From Octopus sinensis (taxonomy: Eukaryota), in contig NC_043002.1 of assembly GCF_006345805.1 (NCBI RefSeq), positions 13,392,001 to 13,456,000 of the forward strand: DNA of 64,000 nucleotides, written 5' to 3'. How positions within the stretch are numbered: position 1 is the first letter of the stretch; every line of letters begins with the position of its first letter. The notes under the pieces are model-generated. The model searched no databases, was not told the DNA's origin, and worked only from the letters and a program-made list of their open reading frames with translations. Below are positions 1 through 14,150 of this stretch, piece after piece. The position numbers were made by a program, and so were the translations under genes.

Positions 1-887
1 GAAGGCACATTAAATAATGTAGTCTAACACACACATTGCTCGATAAAATCTTCGGTTACAAGTCTGCCCGATTACAGGTCTGCTCAGCTAGGGCCTGATC
101 TGATGCTGAACAAAACAAATACACTTCTAATAAGCCCTCAATTTGCCTCAAAATGTAATACTTGGCTCCATATCAAAAATCAATTTTATCGATGTCTATC
201 GTCCTTGTAGCAAATAAGGTTACTACCAGTAATCTATGTCAGGGAATTCATGTGAGAAGACACTACACTCTTGGTTATAGGGGGTCATCTTGGTTCTGTG
301 GGGATCCTTGATTCGCTCCAAATGGCCACCCTCCCTCTATATGTCTAATAATTATCATTATTATTATTACTATAACATAATTATCAGTGAGTTTATGGTT
401 TGCTTTTCTTCATTTTCGTTTTTCAAGAAGGACTTAAGAGGATCAAATTGTGTGTGTGGAAGGTTTGAGTAGTATTTAGCACGAGAACAGCAGATGTTTT
501 TGTTAACCTTACTGTGAATCAGAAAGGAGAAGAAAACGGCAAATGTTTATACTTAGATGCATACTGTTGACATGCAATTTACGTTTTGTTAATTAAACAC
601 AAATCAATCAAAAAGTGGAATTATAATGCTGCATATTGTGTGTGTTTGTATGTGTATTTGCTAACCTTGTTGCTTCTGTATTTTATGGAATGTTCCGTCT
701 AGTCACAATATATATTCGTTAATAGCTTAGATTATATTGTAGTCTTGTTTTGGCCCAATCCACACGGAACATACCAAAAACATTCCAGATTACATTGTTG
801 TGTCCATATTATAGCCACATGTTACTCTCGTCCATTTTCTCATTTCTGTAAGGGATTTTTTTTTTGAGATAGAGAGGGTGATTAATC

Positions 888-1300
888 GGATCTTTTCGGT
901 TTGAACGGCAGTTTTTAAAAATAATTTCCACGTAACTTAAACACTTTTAAACTTCGTATACTGGTAGAATGTGTTTATAAAACATCTTTTTCTCTTGGCT
1001 TTATTGAGAAAATTCTATAGTTTGTAAGATATTTGTTGTTGTTTTTCTTCAATTTCTGCAATTTCAACTAATCAATGACGTCTATTGAGCTGAAAACATT
1101 CTGTGCCGTATGAATATGTCCCTCATTTAAGAAACAGATTGCGTTTGCTTACATTTGTGAAGAAAAAAAAGATACCCTTCCCCCCACCTCCACCCCTAAA
1201 ACAGATTGAAATGCAATAGATCGATACTAAGGTCATAATTATGGGTGACAATTTCATATGACACCCCTAGAAAAAACTGCCGTTCAAACCAAAAAGATCC
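888..1300. mobile_element. hAT-type MITE (family with GGATCTTTTCGGTTTGAACGGCAGTTTTT TIR)
   Basis: ~29-bp TIRs at both ends; 8-bp flanks gattaatc/tattaatc (1 mismatch); other copies at 7119, 16868 and 33155. Confidence 0.8.
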
Positions 1301-2894
1301 TATTAATCTGTTATTTATTTCTCGCAGATCGAGCAGAATTATTTTGTAACTCCCTTGTTTACACTCGGTGTGGATGTGTGTGATCATGGATTTAACGCCC
1401 ACTTATCCATGCTTGCATAGGTCGGACGAGATTTATTAAGACAGTTTTTATACAGCTGGATGCTCTTCATGTTGCTAACCCTCATCTCTTTCCACGCAAC
1501 GTCAGACATATTTTCAAAGAATATTGAAAATTAACGACACCGCTTGTATGGCAGTGGCACTCATTTCCAACAGTCTTGCAGTGTCAAGGTGGGATCATAA
1601 ACACACACACACACCCACGATGGGCTTCTTTAAGTTTCCGTCTACCAAATCCACTTACAAGGCTTTGATCTGATTCGGACTGAACTCACGACCATTTGGT
1701 TGGAAAGCAAGAGTTCTTATCCACACAGCCATACCTGAGCCTGTGTGGATAAATTCACATTTCTCATTGTAACTAATCGATTCGCATCAGTAAATAAACA
1801 AGTTCACGGTATAATAAATGAAAATTCACAGAATTATTGTACCGTGAAAAAGTAGGTTTCGTAGAGTACCATCATGATGAACACAATTATAGAGAGAGTG
1901 GTTGAGGTGACCTGCTTACAAGGAACGTTGGATAAATAAATAGGATTGATGATGTCTGTTATTTATCTTGCGAACAATTTGTGCTTTTGCAATTAAGCAA
2001 AGAGTTTTGTTTTTAAGTAATTAAGGAAGCTTCCCTTCTTCACAGCTCAAATAATTTATTCCATTTATAAGCTTGCCTGTATTCTGTTTGCCGACACTGA
2101 CCCCATCTTTCGCTAGTGCTGCGGTTACTACTATTTCACTGCACTGGACTACGAAATGTAAACTATAAGAACCTAATATTGTTTATACACAAACATTAGA
2201 CACAGATAGATAGACGGATGGCTGGACATAGACACACAGATAGAGACATATATATATATATATACATACAGACATAGCTAGACGGATAAATAAATAGATT
2301 TTTATCTCGTTTTCAAAAACGTTCGATGCATTATTCAATCCTTATATCAGATACTCCGTATTGAAGACTGCATAAATTAAGCACAATATTCTTTCTGTCT
2401 TTTAATGTGAATTGAGGAATATATATTCACTTGCTATTTTTAGCATGTTAATCGACCCCGAATCGGCTCCATCCAGTCGTTTGCCTTTTATTTGTATTGT
2501 AATGCACTGTCATGTTGGCCCTGTAGCTCTTACCTTGTGACGGATCATATATTAAGCCAGTGATATTACACATAGATTTATTATTTATGTTGTCTGGGTC
2601 TGATAAAGCCTCTTCATTGATAAGTTATATAACGTCTTATCTCCCTGCAGACGGTTTTCGTTCGCCATTTCGCTAAGTTTTTTCGGGCCCATCTCTATTC
2701 ATCACACGTTTCTTCTAATCTGTTCGTCTGTTGTACTTATAAACACAAAAGTCTGTATACATGTGTGTCTACTAATGTCCTTGTATGCACAAGTGTATAA
2801 CTTTCCTTTTCACACACACGCTTACACAGTATGTATGTTTACATATGTGCGCACATAGATACAACATTCGGTTGTGAAGGGCAGTGCCCTAGAC

Positions 2895-3080
2895 CAGTGT
2901 TTTTCAACCAGGGTTCCGTACAGTCCAGGGGTTCCGCAAGAAGTTACAAAAATGCTAAAATCGACAGTAATTTTTGTTTCTCCTGTGCAGATATGTGTGC
3001 ATAAGACTATTAAATTATTGCACAGGGGTTCCTCGAGCCAGTGGAATGTTTCCTTGGGGGTCAAAGGTTGAAAAGCACTG
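2895..3080. mobile_element. hAT/Charlie-like MITE
   Basis: CAGTG...CACTG termini and perfect 8-bp TSD ccctagac (2887-2894, 3081-3088); second copy at ~22007-22203. Confidence 0.85.
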
Positions 3081-3573
3081 CCCTAGACTGTCCTTAAATA
3101 AGCATGAACCAAAACAAATCCCAAAACCTGTCTACGTGTGTGTTTGTATGTATGCGCTTATACTCACGCATGTGTGTGTGCATATATAATGGGTCTGTTT
3201 GAATGTATGTATAGTTATGTAGTTCTGTGTGTGTGTATATATCCATAGGCGTTACGAAGGGTATTCAACCGTAGGAACCATGCCAAATCAGACTGGAGTC
3301 TAGGACAGCCCTGATCAAACCGTCCAACCCATGCCAGCATGGACAACAGACGTTAAATGAGGATGATGATGATATATAAGCTCGTTATGTATGAAATGTG
3401 TATACACATAGCATATATATGCAAGCGCATACACATATATTATAAGTATACATATAAACCGGTGTATTTATGTATGTATATGCCAGACATGTAAATACAC
3501 ACGCATGCATATGTTTGTGTATGTATAATTGAAATAATTGTACACAAGTGTTTATATATCGTCATTATTTGTG

Positions 3574-3775
3574 CTGCCGGGCGAAATGCTTAGAAGTATT
3601 TCGTCTGCCGCTGCGTTCTGAGTTCAAATTCTACCGAGGTCGACTTTGCCCTTCATCCTTTCGGGGTTGATTAAATAAGTACCAGTTACACACTGGGGGT
3701 CGATGTAATCGACTCAATCCCCTTGTTTGTCCTCTCTGTGTTTAGCCCCCTTGTGGGTAGTAAAGAAATAGGTAT
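3574..3775 (+). mobile_element. SINE family B (tRNA-derived; gcctttcatcctttcggggtcgat core), 5'-truncated
   Basis: Matches copies at 10205, 18310, 23020 and 61120. Confidence 0.75.
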
Positions 3776-5085
3776 TTGTGCTATTATCCGTCGGTACCAT
3801 TCTTTGTTATTAATCTTATAAAACCCCTTACTGAGCAGACATTATTTTAAACGTGAACATTTTGACTTTCTTTCCTGACACAGTGTAAGTAGGACGAACC
3901 TATCTGATATGTCCCTTTTTCGAAGACTCTTCCGTTGCTATATCTAGCTTAATTCGATCATTTCTACCAGTTCCCTCTTTCATTTTGTTAATCGCGGTCA
4001 TGTCGTTGTTGTTGTTGATTTTTGCTAACCCATTTCGTTTCCGTTTGTAAAACCTCTGGTCACCAAGAATTTTGCTCCATCACCGAATACACTCAATACT
4101 TATTAATGTATCCTCACTGTCTCCTGTACCTAGCTCCATATTTTGCCAGTTTTATCAAACACCACTTTACCCAACCCCTTTTTTTTTGTCTCCATTACTT
4201 CTTCGCCCATGAGAAACACTAACAGAACACCAACGAAACAGCAATAAACTACAGTTCTTCTGCCCTAACCCTTTTCCATAACCGGTTTCTGGTGCCCATT
4301 TGACTGTCTTTCAGAGAAAGTATATCAAACCTGAAAGTACTTGTTCGTCAATTTTTTTTAAATATATCTTTAATGTATTTTTTTTAGTTGAATCGCTTAT
4401 GTTTATGTACTGTACGTATGTATGGATAAGTGTATGTATGTGTGTGTTTATGTGCAATTGTGTGTATAATTTGTGTATGTATAACACTTGCCCATAAACA
4501 CACACAGACACAAATACAAATATACATATATGCAAATGAACACATTTACATACACATAATATAAGCAAGTCAGCTGCCGAAAAATAATTAAAGAAATACA
4601 AATTTTTTTTTTACGGAAACTGTCGAACATTTACTTTCACTTTCGATATACTCTCTCCGAAAAATTAGCCCCTCTCCCCTCCTCCTCATTTTCCTGCTAA
4701 CCTTTTCACAGACATCTCACAGTCAAAATTATGAGGAGCTTGTGACGCCCATACACTTTACATAGTATAGTGTTGTTATTGTAACAGTCTCGTTTGGGTT
4801 GTTTATTATATGTATGGTAATAATAATGGCTGGCAAAGCAGTGTGTCGGTATTTTTATCTATTGATATTCAGCGTCATCGATCGATCGAGCTTTATAAAC
4901 CAGTAAACATGTCTGGGAACCTGCTTCTATATTTTCAACCTCTTTCTCCCCTCAAACCCCCTCCAGTTATGTCTGTAGCTTGCAACAATTACGTGTTTGT
5001 ATGGTGCTTTGCCTGGCTGAATTTGCGCAGTGAATGAGTAAGTTGATTTGAATGAATGAACGAATGAATATATATATATGAATGG

Positions 5086-5119
<34 letters not shown>

Positions 5120-6277
5120 ATGTGTGTGTATATATAGTAAAAATTATCAACGTTTAAAACTTGTTTTTGCCCACCTTCCACCAATCGCCACCCTTTTTGC
5201 TGTTCACATGAGAAAACTAAGTTTTTTTCTTTAGCATACTTGATACTGTGTGTGTGTGTGTATTTTGACTTGGTTTGTTTCAGTCATTGGACTGGCCATG
5301 CTGGGGCACTGCCTTGAAAGGTTTAAGTCGAACAAATCAACCCCAGTGCTTATTCTATCGGTCTCTTTTGGTGAACCTCTAAGTTACACGAACATAAACA
5401 AACCCATACCGATTGTCAATCTATCTTGTGGAGACTATCATAGATAGATACATACATACACACACATACATGCATACATACACACACACATACATACATG
5501 CATACATACACACATACATACACACACACATACATGCATACACACACACATACATATAACGAGCGTCTTTCAGTTTCCGTCTACTCGAGGCTTTTTAGTC
5601 GGCTCGAAGCTATATTAGAAGACACCCCAGGTGTTACGTAGTAGAAGTGAACCCGCGACCACGCAGTTGGAAAGCTACGGAACACGAGTTTATTTTTAAT
5701 ATTTATAATAATCAGTGAGCCTGAACGATTCATCTTTGGTATTCGTAAACACGGAGTATGGCATGCATTCGTTCGTGCGTCGATATGCTTAAATTACATA
5801 ACATCTGTGATAATTAATAAATCGATTTTCTACGAAAAAAAAAAAAATAAAATAAAAAGATCGATACGACTTGTTTTAGTGAAAGGTTGATAGCCAAGTT
5901 TGCTATTTTAAAAGTTTCACATTTATATCGAACCGAAAGGTAAACGTCCTTAGCGTTATTTCCGATATGGATTGTACAAGAAACTAGTTTCTGAAGGTAG
6001 CGGCATTTCGCCTGTCACTACTGCGTTCTGAGTTCAAATTCCGCCGTGGTCGACTTTGCCTTTCATCATTCCGGGGTCGATGAAATAAGAACCAGTTACT
6101 CACTGGGGTCGATATAATCGACTTAATCCGTTTGTCTGTCCCCTTGTTTGTCGATGTAATCGACTTGGCTCCCTCCACCCCTAAATTTTGGGCCTTGTGC
6201 CTATAATAGAAAAAGGATTAAGCTGGTTTCTGGGATATAAATTTTGATGGAAGATTTAAATTTAGAGCTTTTAAACC

Positions 6278-6391
6278 AAGAAGTAGGTGCCATTTCAGGC
6301 GGGTCAGTGTTTGTGATCAAGAGTCAAAACCACTAAGAAGTAGGTGCCATTTCAGGCGGGTCAGTGTTTGTGATCAAGAGTCAAAACCACT
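6278..6391. repeat. Perfect 57-bp tandem duplication
   Basis: aagaagtaggtgcc...gtcaaaaccact at 6278-6334 and 6335-6391. Confidence 0.95.
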
Positions 6392-7118
6392 ACACTTGCC
6401 AGTTAAACAAACATTGAGCTAGCGTATTTTTCTTTCCTTTTTTTTTTTTTTAAGGTGCGCCCTCAACCTTGCTTTTGTTCAATGAATGCTCTTTTGATGA
6501 CTGATGTTACAATCCCTCATATTTCACTATGTACTTCTTCCTTGTCATACAAAAAAAAATAATAAATCACGAGAATGAACTATGAATGAACGAAGCGGGG
6601 TGTTGCTGTTCACGTGTTCACTTCATGAACTTTCAGTTCTATTAACTTGGAGGGTATATACAAAAAAATAAATAAAATAAAGTTTTTAAAAAACCCATTC
6701 AGCTATGTGTTTGAAATAGAGCTGACTTAGGTTTTATCACAGTGGAAGTATCAGATATATTTTTTAGTTCACGAGTAACCGTTGAAACTGGAATAATTAC
6801 GAGTATTCTTATTTGAAGTGCAGGCAGCCACACACTATATATTTATATATATGTATGCACAAGTTTGTAATTCTATATTATATAGTTCATTGTGTCAAGT
6901 ACATTTTTTTTTTAATCAGACATAAATAAGCAACTCTGCACTCTATTAGGATAATCGTTTCCTGTATATTTAGCTCTGTTGATGATGCAATTTTTATGCT
7001 GTGTTTCAAAGTTTGCATTGAAACCGCTATACTCAGTAGCAGTAGTTACGAAATTAGGGTTCGTTGACCTAATCTGGCCAGATGAACATGTTTAGGGATT
7101 AAAAAAAAAAGAAAGACT

Positions 7119-7915
7119 GGATTTTTTCGGTTTGAACGGCAGTTTTTTCTAGCGGTGTCATATGAAATTGTCACCCATAGTTATGTCCCTAGTATCGATC
7201 TATTGCATTTCAATCTGGGTTAGGGGGAAGGGTGTCTTTTTTTTTCTTCAGAAATGTAAATAAACCCAATCTGTTTCTTAAACGAGGGACATATTCATAC
7301 GGCACAGAATGTTTTCAGCTCAATAGACGTCATTGATTGGTTGAAATTGCAAAAATAGAAAAAAAAACCAAATATCTTACAAACTATAGAATTTTCTCAA
7401 TAAAGCCAAGAAAAAAAGATGTTTTATAAAAACATTCTACCAGTATACGAAGTTTAAAAGTGTTTAGTTACGTACTCTTTTACTCTTTACTCTTTTACTT
7501 GTTTCAGTCATTTGACTGCGGCCATGCTGGAGCACCGCCTTTAGTCGAGCAAATCGACCCCGGGACTTATTCTTTGTAAGCCCAGTACTTATTCTATCGG
7601 TCTCTTTTGCCGAACCGCTAAGTGACGGGGACGTAAACACACCAGCATCGGTTGTCAAACGATATTGGGGGGACAAACACAGACACACAAACACACACAC
7701 ACACATATACATATATATACATATATACGACAGGCTTCTTTCAGTTTCCGTATACCAAATCCACTCACAAGACATTGGTCGGCCCGGGGCTGTAGCAGAA
7801 GACACTTGCCCAAGATGCCACGCAGTGAGACTGAACCCGGAACCATGTGGTTGGTTAGCAAGCTACTTACCACACAGCCACTCCTGCGCCTCTGCCGGTC
7901 AAACTGAAAAGATCC
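7119..7915. mobile_element. hAT-type MITE interrupted by a SINE
   Basis: TIR-like ends at 7119 and 7891-7915; interior is the reverse of the 888-1300 copy; SINE A occupies 7473-7890. Confidence 0.75.
7473..7890 (-). mobile_element. SINE family A, full length (tRNA head, CORE-like ttgggcaagtgtcttct segment, TA/TG tract, (TAAAAGAG)n tail)
   Basis: Head ggcgcaggagtggctgtgtggt at the right end on the minus strand; tail repeats at 7473-7500; roughly 20 related copies in the window. Confidence 0.85.
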
Positions 7916-8090
7916 CTGTTTTTCAAAATTTGCATTGAAACCGCTATACTCATTGGCAGTAGTTAGGAAATTACAGCCCCGTTGACCAAATCTGGCCAGA
8001 TTAACATGTTTAGGGATTAAAAAGAAAAAAGACTTGACCGGAAGTGATAACTGACACCCCGTAATTTTATGTAAACAGGCCTAAATAATA

Positions 8091-8324
8091 CAATAATCCC
8101 TCGACTATCGCGGGTGTTACGTTCCAAAATTCTCCGTGATAAGTGAAAATCCGCGAAGTAGAAACAGTACTGTATTGTATATATTTTTTAATTATTTTTT
8201 AGAATTTGTATATATTTATTTCGGCGATCTTTCGGTACAAGTACCATAACTGCCAATTGTAAACCTACGTGGGTTTATTTACAGTTCTGAAGGAAAAAGA
8301 AACCCTTTTCCCCCTAACCCTAAC

Positions 8325-8360
<36 letters not shown>

Positions 8361-8517
8361 TTTACGGAAAGTGACGATCTTCTTCTTCAAATGTAAACAG
8401 ACTTGGCAGTTATGGTACTTGTACCGAAAGATGGCCTTTCTTTCAAATGCAAAACAACACCACGAAGGAATCGACGTAAACTTAAATAATAAACCGCGAT
8501 ATGGCAAGGGATTACTG
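8091..8517. mobile_element. Tc1/pogo (Tigger-like) MITE
   Basis: Imperfect TIR caataatccctcgactatcgcgg / ccgcgatatggcaagggattactg, flanked by TA at 8089-8090 and 8518-8519. Confidence 0.75.
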
Positions 8518-9004
8518 TATAGCCAATAATATAACCACGTATACATACATACATACATACATATGCTTGCATACATTATATGGCAAAAGTAAAGAATACG
8601 TACACCCAGTATTTAGGGTTAGGGTTTTTGTTGCGCCAAAAACGAGTGGTGTACATATTCTTTACCTCCGCCTATTATATAAAATGGAAACCATCACATG
8701 CTGGGTATAATAATTTGGAGCAGTGTACCTCAGCTGCTATTTTTGAAATATTTAAAATATTACATGAAAGTTCTACAGGTTCTACACCCGAAACTCCCTG
8801 TGTCCGCGGCACAATGAGGGAGCTGAGTTTATAAAATTTAATGATTTCAATAGTTGAGCTTAATGGAACGTCACTGTTGTAACTTCAGGTCAACTTTAAT
8901 TTTTTTTTTTTTTAAACCCCTCAGCTGTATCTTAACCGTCTGACCTGTGGTTTAGCCCTCCAACTTAGGCTAATTAAATATAACTTCAGTTTGTAAAAAT
9001 TGTA

Positions 9005-9393
9005 GGCAGGAGTGGCTGTTTGGTAAGGAGCTTGCTTACCAGCTACATAGTTCCGGGTTCAGTCCCACTGCGTGGCGCCTTGGGCAAGTGTCTTCTACTA
9101 TAGCCTTGGGCCAACCAAAGTTTTGTGAGTGGATTAAGCCCGTCGTATATATATGTTTATATATATATATATATGTGTGTGTGTATATGTTTGTGTGTCA
9201 GTGTTTGTCCCCACACCATCGCTTGACAACCGATGCTGGTGTGTTTAGATTCGCCATCACTTAGCGGTTTGGCAAAAGAGACCGATAGAATAAGTACTAG
9301 GCTTACAAAGAATAAGTCCTTGGGTTGATTTGATTCGACTAAAGGCGGTGCTCCAGCATGGCCACAGTGAAATGACTGAGACAAGTAAAAGAA
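9005..9393 (+). mobile_element. SINE family A
   Basis: Same head, body and tail as the 7473 copy, on the plus strand. Confidence 0.8.
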
Positions 9394-10204
9394 TTTCTAT
9401 TGCCATCTTTTACTTTTTTTCAGTCATTTGGACTGTGGCCATGCTGGGGCACCGGCTTAAAGAGCTTTTAGTCAAACAGATCGATTCCAGTACTTATTTC
9501 TTGAGTTAAAGTGTGGTATTTTATCAGTTTCTTATGCTGAATCGCTAAGTTACAAAGACATAAATATACCAGCACTGGTTGCCAAGCACTAGTAGAGTGA
9601 CAAACACAGACACATTCCGATTTTATGTTCATTTGCGTCGTATTTCCTTCATTTTAAGAGGTGATGTTTTAGTAATTATAGTGTGGGGGCGGACATCTAT
9701 TGCCTTGTATGTGGTGGTGGTGGGGGGTTCATTTTATTTCTCTCCCAAGACAAATATTTCCAATTTGGGTCACTGCAAAAAACTGTTTGCTGACCTCAGG
9801 CCTATACACAGTAGCAGAAACACCAACAGAAAAGATATGTGCTGAGTATTACATTCTTTTATGATTTGTGCATTGTTTCAATTTCCACGAAGAAGAAATA
9901 ATGAAAGGCTAATTCCAAGAATGTAGACATCCCGTAGGCAGCGTTTTATGTTTTAAAATATTTCGATTGAACATGGAAGGCTAAGTATATACTACTGGCC
10001 ACTTATTTGAATCACAAAATTAAGGCTACTAAGCAGGAGTGGCTGTGTGGTAAAAGCTTGCTTTTCAACTACATGGTTCCAAGTTCAGTCCCACTGTGTG
10101 ACACTTTGAGTAAATGTCTTTTATTACTGCCATTGACTGACCAAAGCCTTGTGGGTGGATTTGGTAGCTGGAAACTGAAATAAGCCTATTGTGTATGTGT
10201 ATAC

Positions 10205-10430
10205 ATTTCTTTACTACCCACAAGGGGCTAAACACAGAGGAGACAAACAAGGACAGACAAATGGATTAAGTCGATTACATCGACCCCAGTGTGTAACTGG
10301 TACTTAATTTATCGACCTCGAAAGGATGAAAGATAGTCGACCTCGGCGGAATTTGAGCCCAGAACGTAACGGCAGACGAAATACGGCTACGCATTTCGCC
10401 TGGCGTGCTAACGTTTCTAGCAGCTCACCG
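10205..10430 (-). mobile_element. SINE family B
   Basis: Reverse complement of the family B consensus, including the tRNA-like head. Confidence 0.8.
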
Positions 10431-11615
10431 TGTATGTGTATATATATGATGGGCCCTCGCATTGAAGATGGCGTATGAATCATTCAGGTTTTGCTGAGTC
10501 ACCTGCACAAATGATTTGTTAATGGTGATCAAGTGTTCGTGCCACATAATTAATTCACTCTCTCCATCAAATCGACGTTGTCTAAACAGGTGTGTTGTAC
10601 CATGCTTCATGTGTCAAAGTGATCAAAGAGCACTGTGAGATGAAGTGATTTGCACAGGAATGCAACGTACCACCCAGTCCAGGAATTGAAATCACAATCT
10701 TCCAATCGTGACTGCAACACCCTAACCATTAAGTCATTTATATAATGTACGTGTGCAATCTTCTATGTTTGCCCCCCACCACTACTTGACAATCGGTGTT
10801 GGTGTGTTTACATCCCCCATAACTTAGCAGTTGAGCAAAAGAGACTGATAGAATAAATATTGGGTTCAATTTATTCAACTAAAAGGTTTTCACCTACTTT
10901 CCATGATTACATGTCAGGTGATACAGTTCTATATTTAAGAGATGAGGAATTATGTGTGTGTATGTATATGTACATATGTGTGTATGTATGAATATGTGTA
11001 TGTATATGTATAGATATATATATATATGTATGTGTGTGTATGAATATATATATATATATTGGAGAACGGACGTTAAACGATGATGATGATATATATATAT
11101 ATATAAATGGGGGAATGTTAAATATTCCCTATTATTTTTGCAAGCTATATGGAACACAATGACGACAGCATGTACCAGTGAATGCGTATTAACACTTTTG
11201 CACTAACCCACCTAATTTTCACGATTTCAGGCGTAAGCAGAAAGGAATCAAAAACTGCAACCGTGTCAATTACTACCTGCATCTAAACACAGTATGGTTC
11301 TAATTTGGTTTAGATTATCTGTTTTGCACATCCATTTCTTTGGCATCATTTTGCAAGGATGTTGGTGTTGTTATCTTTAGCCAAATATAAAACGTCTTTG
11401 ATGTCTTCACTTCTCTACCAAGCAAAACAAATTAGTTGTGTAGTTTTCAGGTTATTTACGTATTTTGTTTTCTCCAGTCCTTCTGCACTTGCATATTTTG
11501 GTTTTTATAGTACAGGAATATATCATTTGCATTTGGTGTATTTTGAAGTAGGTTAGCTCTGCGCAGCTTGTGTGCTCACAAGTATCACTTCTCAGTATTT
11601 ACTCCTTTTACCACC

Positions 11616-11809
11616 ACTCTTTTACTCTTTTACTTGTTGCAGTCATTTGACTGCGGCCATGCTGGAGCACCACCTTTAGTTGAGCAAATCGACCCCAGGA
11701 CTTATTCTTTGTAAGCCCAGTACTTATTCTATCGGTCTCTTTTACAGGGACTTAAACACACCAGCATTGGTTGTCAAGCGATGTTGAGGGGACAAACACA
11801 GGCACACAA

Positions 11810-11870
<61 letters not shown>

Positions 11871-12046
11871 TATACATATATAACGACGGGCTTCTTTCAG
11901 TTTCTGTCTACCAAATCCACTCACAAGGCTTTGGTCGGCCCGAGGTTATAATAGAAGACACTTGCCCAAGGTGCCGCTCAGTGGGACTGAACCCGGAACC
12001 ATGCAGTTGATAAGCAAGCTACTTACCACACAGCCACTCCTGTGCC
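11616..12046 (-). mobile_element. SINE family A, full length
   Basis: Head at 12046, tail at 11616. Confidence 0.85.
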
Positions 12047-12837
12047 ATTAAGGAGAAAGGTATTAATATCACATTTACTGTGAATAACCCTAACTTGATG
12101 CAGCCTCTCCTGGCTTGCCAGTCCTCAGTCAAACCGTCCAACCCATGCCAGCATGGAAAGCGGACCTTAAACTATGATGACGATGCCCTACCGACTTGCT
12201 GTTTTAGCAACCCAGGACTTGTGGTCCCTTGTCTCTTATTCTAATAGTTTCAGGGACAATGTGAAGGTCACTAAGCCTTGGAAAGTGATTGGGTTCTGCT
12301 TTTCCTCCTGCTTATAACCTCTGTGAAACGGTGTGTCTTAGTGGTTAGAGTACTTCACTTGCAACCGTAAGGTTATGAGTTCAATTCCTGGCAGTACATT
12401 GCCCCCTTGAGCAAAACCCTTTTTTTTTTTGTCATGTTGCCCCAGTCCACTCAGCTGGCAAAAATCAGTAGTCCCTGTAGTTCAAGGGCCAGCCTTGTCA
12501 CATTCTGTGTTGCATTGAATCTCTTAGTAATTTGCAAGACAGAAAGTGGAGGAGGGGGGGGGGCAACGAAAATGGGAAAGGCTCCAGCTACAAGGCAATG
12601 GAGAGTATTCAAGGAGGGAAAATGGTTTTGTATATTTATATAGAATGCACCCAGTCCACTTTGTACAGTGGTGAGCATTAGGAAGGGCATCCAGCCTTAA
12701 AAACCTTGCCAAAACAGATGATGGAGCTTGGTGCAGTCCTCTGGCTTACCAGCTCCTTTCAAATCATTCATTCCATGGAAGAGGGATGTTAAATGATTAT
12801 GAAATGTGTGTGTGTGTGTGTGTACATATATGTTAAG

Positions 12838-13220
12838 TGCAGGAGTGGCTGTGTGGTAAGAAGCTTGCTTATCAACCACATGGTTCCAGGTTCAGTCCCA
12901 CTACATGGTACCTTGGGCAGGTGTCTTCTATTGCCTTGGGCTGACCAAAGCCTTGCGAGTGGGTTTGGTAGATGGAAACTGAAGGTGCCTGCCGTGTGTG
13001 TGTGCATATGTATTTGTGTATCTGTGTTTGTCCCCCGGCCACCATTTGGCAACCAATGTTGGTGTGTTTACATCCCTGTAATTTAGTGGTTCAGCAAAGA
13101 GACCAATAGAATAACTACTAGGCTTGCAAAGAATAAGTCCTGGGGTCGGTTTGTTTGACTAAAGGCAGTGCTCCAGCATGGCTACATTCAAATGACTGAA
13201 ACAAGTAAAAGAATAAAAGA
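12838..13220 (+). mobile_element. SINE family A
   Basis: Family sequence match, diverged. Confidence 0.75.
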
Positions 13221-13829
13221 ATATATACACGCACACACATATAACAGGTTTCTTTCAGTTTCCATTTATTAAATCCACTCCTTTGATCATCCTGGAGCCA
13301 TGGTAGAAGATACTTGCCCAAGGTGCTATGCAGCAGGACTGAACCCCAGACTACATCGTTGGGTAGCAAGCTTCTTAACCACACACCCGTGTCTGAGCCC
13401 CTTGTGATTATGTAATTACAATCACTCACTATATCTTGGTTCACCTATCATACCCTCAGTACATTGCAGATTTTTCTGGCTAATATATGTAAATTTATAT
13501 CACAGGTTTCTGTGGCAGGTAGGTATTTATAGTTTTTAGATTTTAATTATTTCTGTGGTAAAATAAGTATTTTCACGCCCAAAAATTAATATATTAATTA
13601 ATAAAAATGCAGTACAGTACTGCACTATAACAGATTAATTAAAATAGATTAAGCAAAAATATCTAGTGACCATAGATGAGTTAAAGAATTGCCCTTACTG
13701 TATAGAAAATGGAACTTGGGAGCCAAGTATGATGTCGGCAGTGATGAATTTCATTGTCCTAACGCGGAGAAAGTGAGCAATAGCTTCCTGGAGGCAAACG
13801 CGAGTATGTGATGTTCTTTTGCATTTATA

Positions 13830-14150
13830 ATCATGTGCCGGTGGCACATGAAAAAGCATTCAAACGAGGTCGTTGCCAGTGCTGCTGGACTAGCTCCTGT
13901 GCAGGTGGCACGTAAAAAAACACCATTTGAGTGTGGCCGTTGCCAGTACAGCCTGACTGGCCCCCGTGCTGGTGGCACGTAAAAGCACCCACTACACTTT
14001 CAGAGTGGTTGGCGTTAGGAAAGGCATCCAGCTGTAGAAACTCAGCCAGATCAAGATTGAAGCCTGGTGCAGCCATCTGGTTCACCAGTCCTCAGTCAAA
14101 TCGTTCAACCCATGCTTGCATGGAAAGCAGACCTTAAACGATGTTGATGA
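13830..14150 (+). mobile_element. RTE LINE 3'-UTR fragment (family C; gtgccggtggcacgtaaaaagcacc subunits, gttggcgttaggaagggcatccagc core, (GAT)n tail)
   Basis: Same sequence as the UTR attached to RTE coding sequence at 36093-36734. Confidence 0.75.

Noticed and set aside
6278-6310. GGC GG|gtcagt as a candidate end of exon 1
   Set aside because: The upstream frame (NQEVGAISGG) does not resemble the carrier N-terminus, and the site lies in a tandem duplicate.
8311-8625. Telomere-like CCCTAA/TTAGGG doublets (also near 41391)
   Set aside because: Only two units each, at least one inside a MITE; not an interstitial telomeric array.
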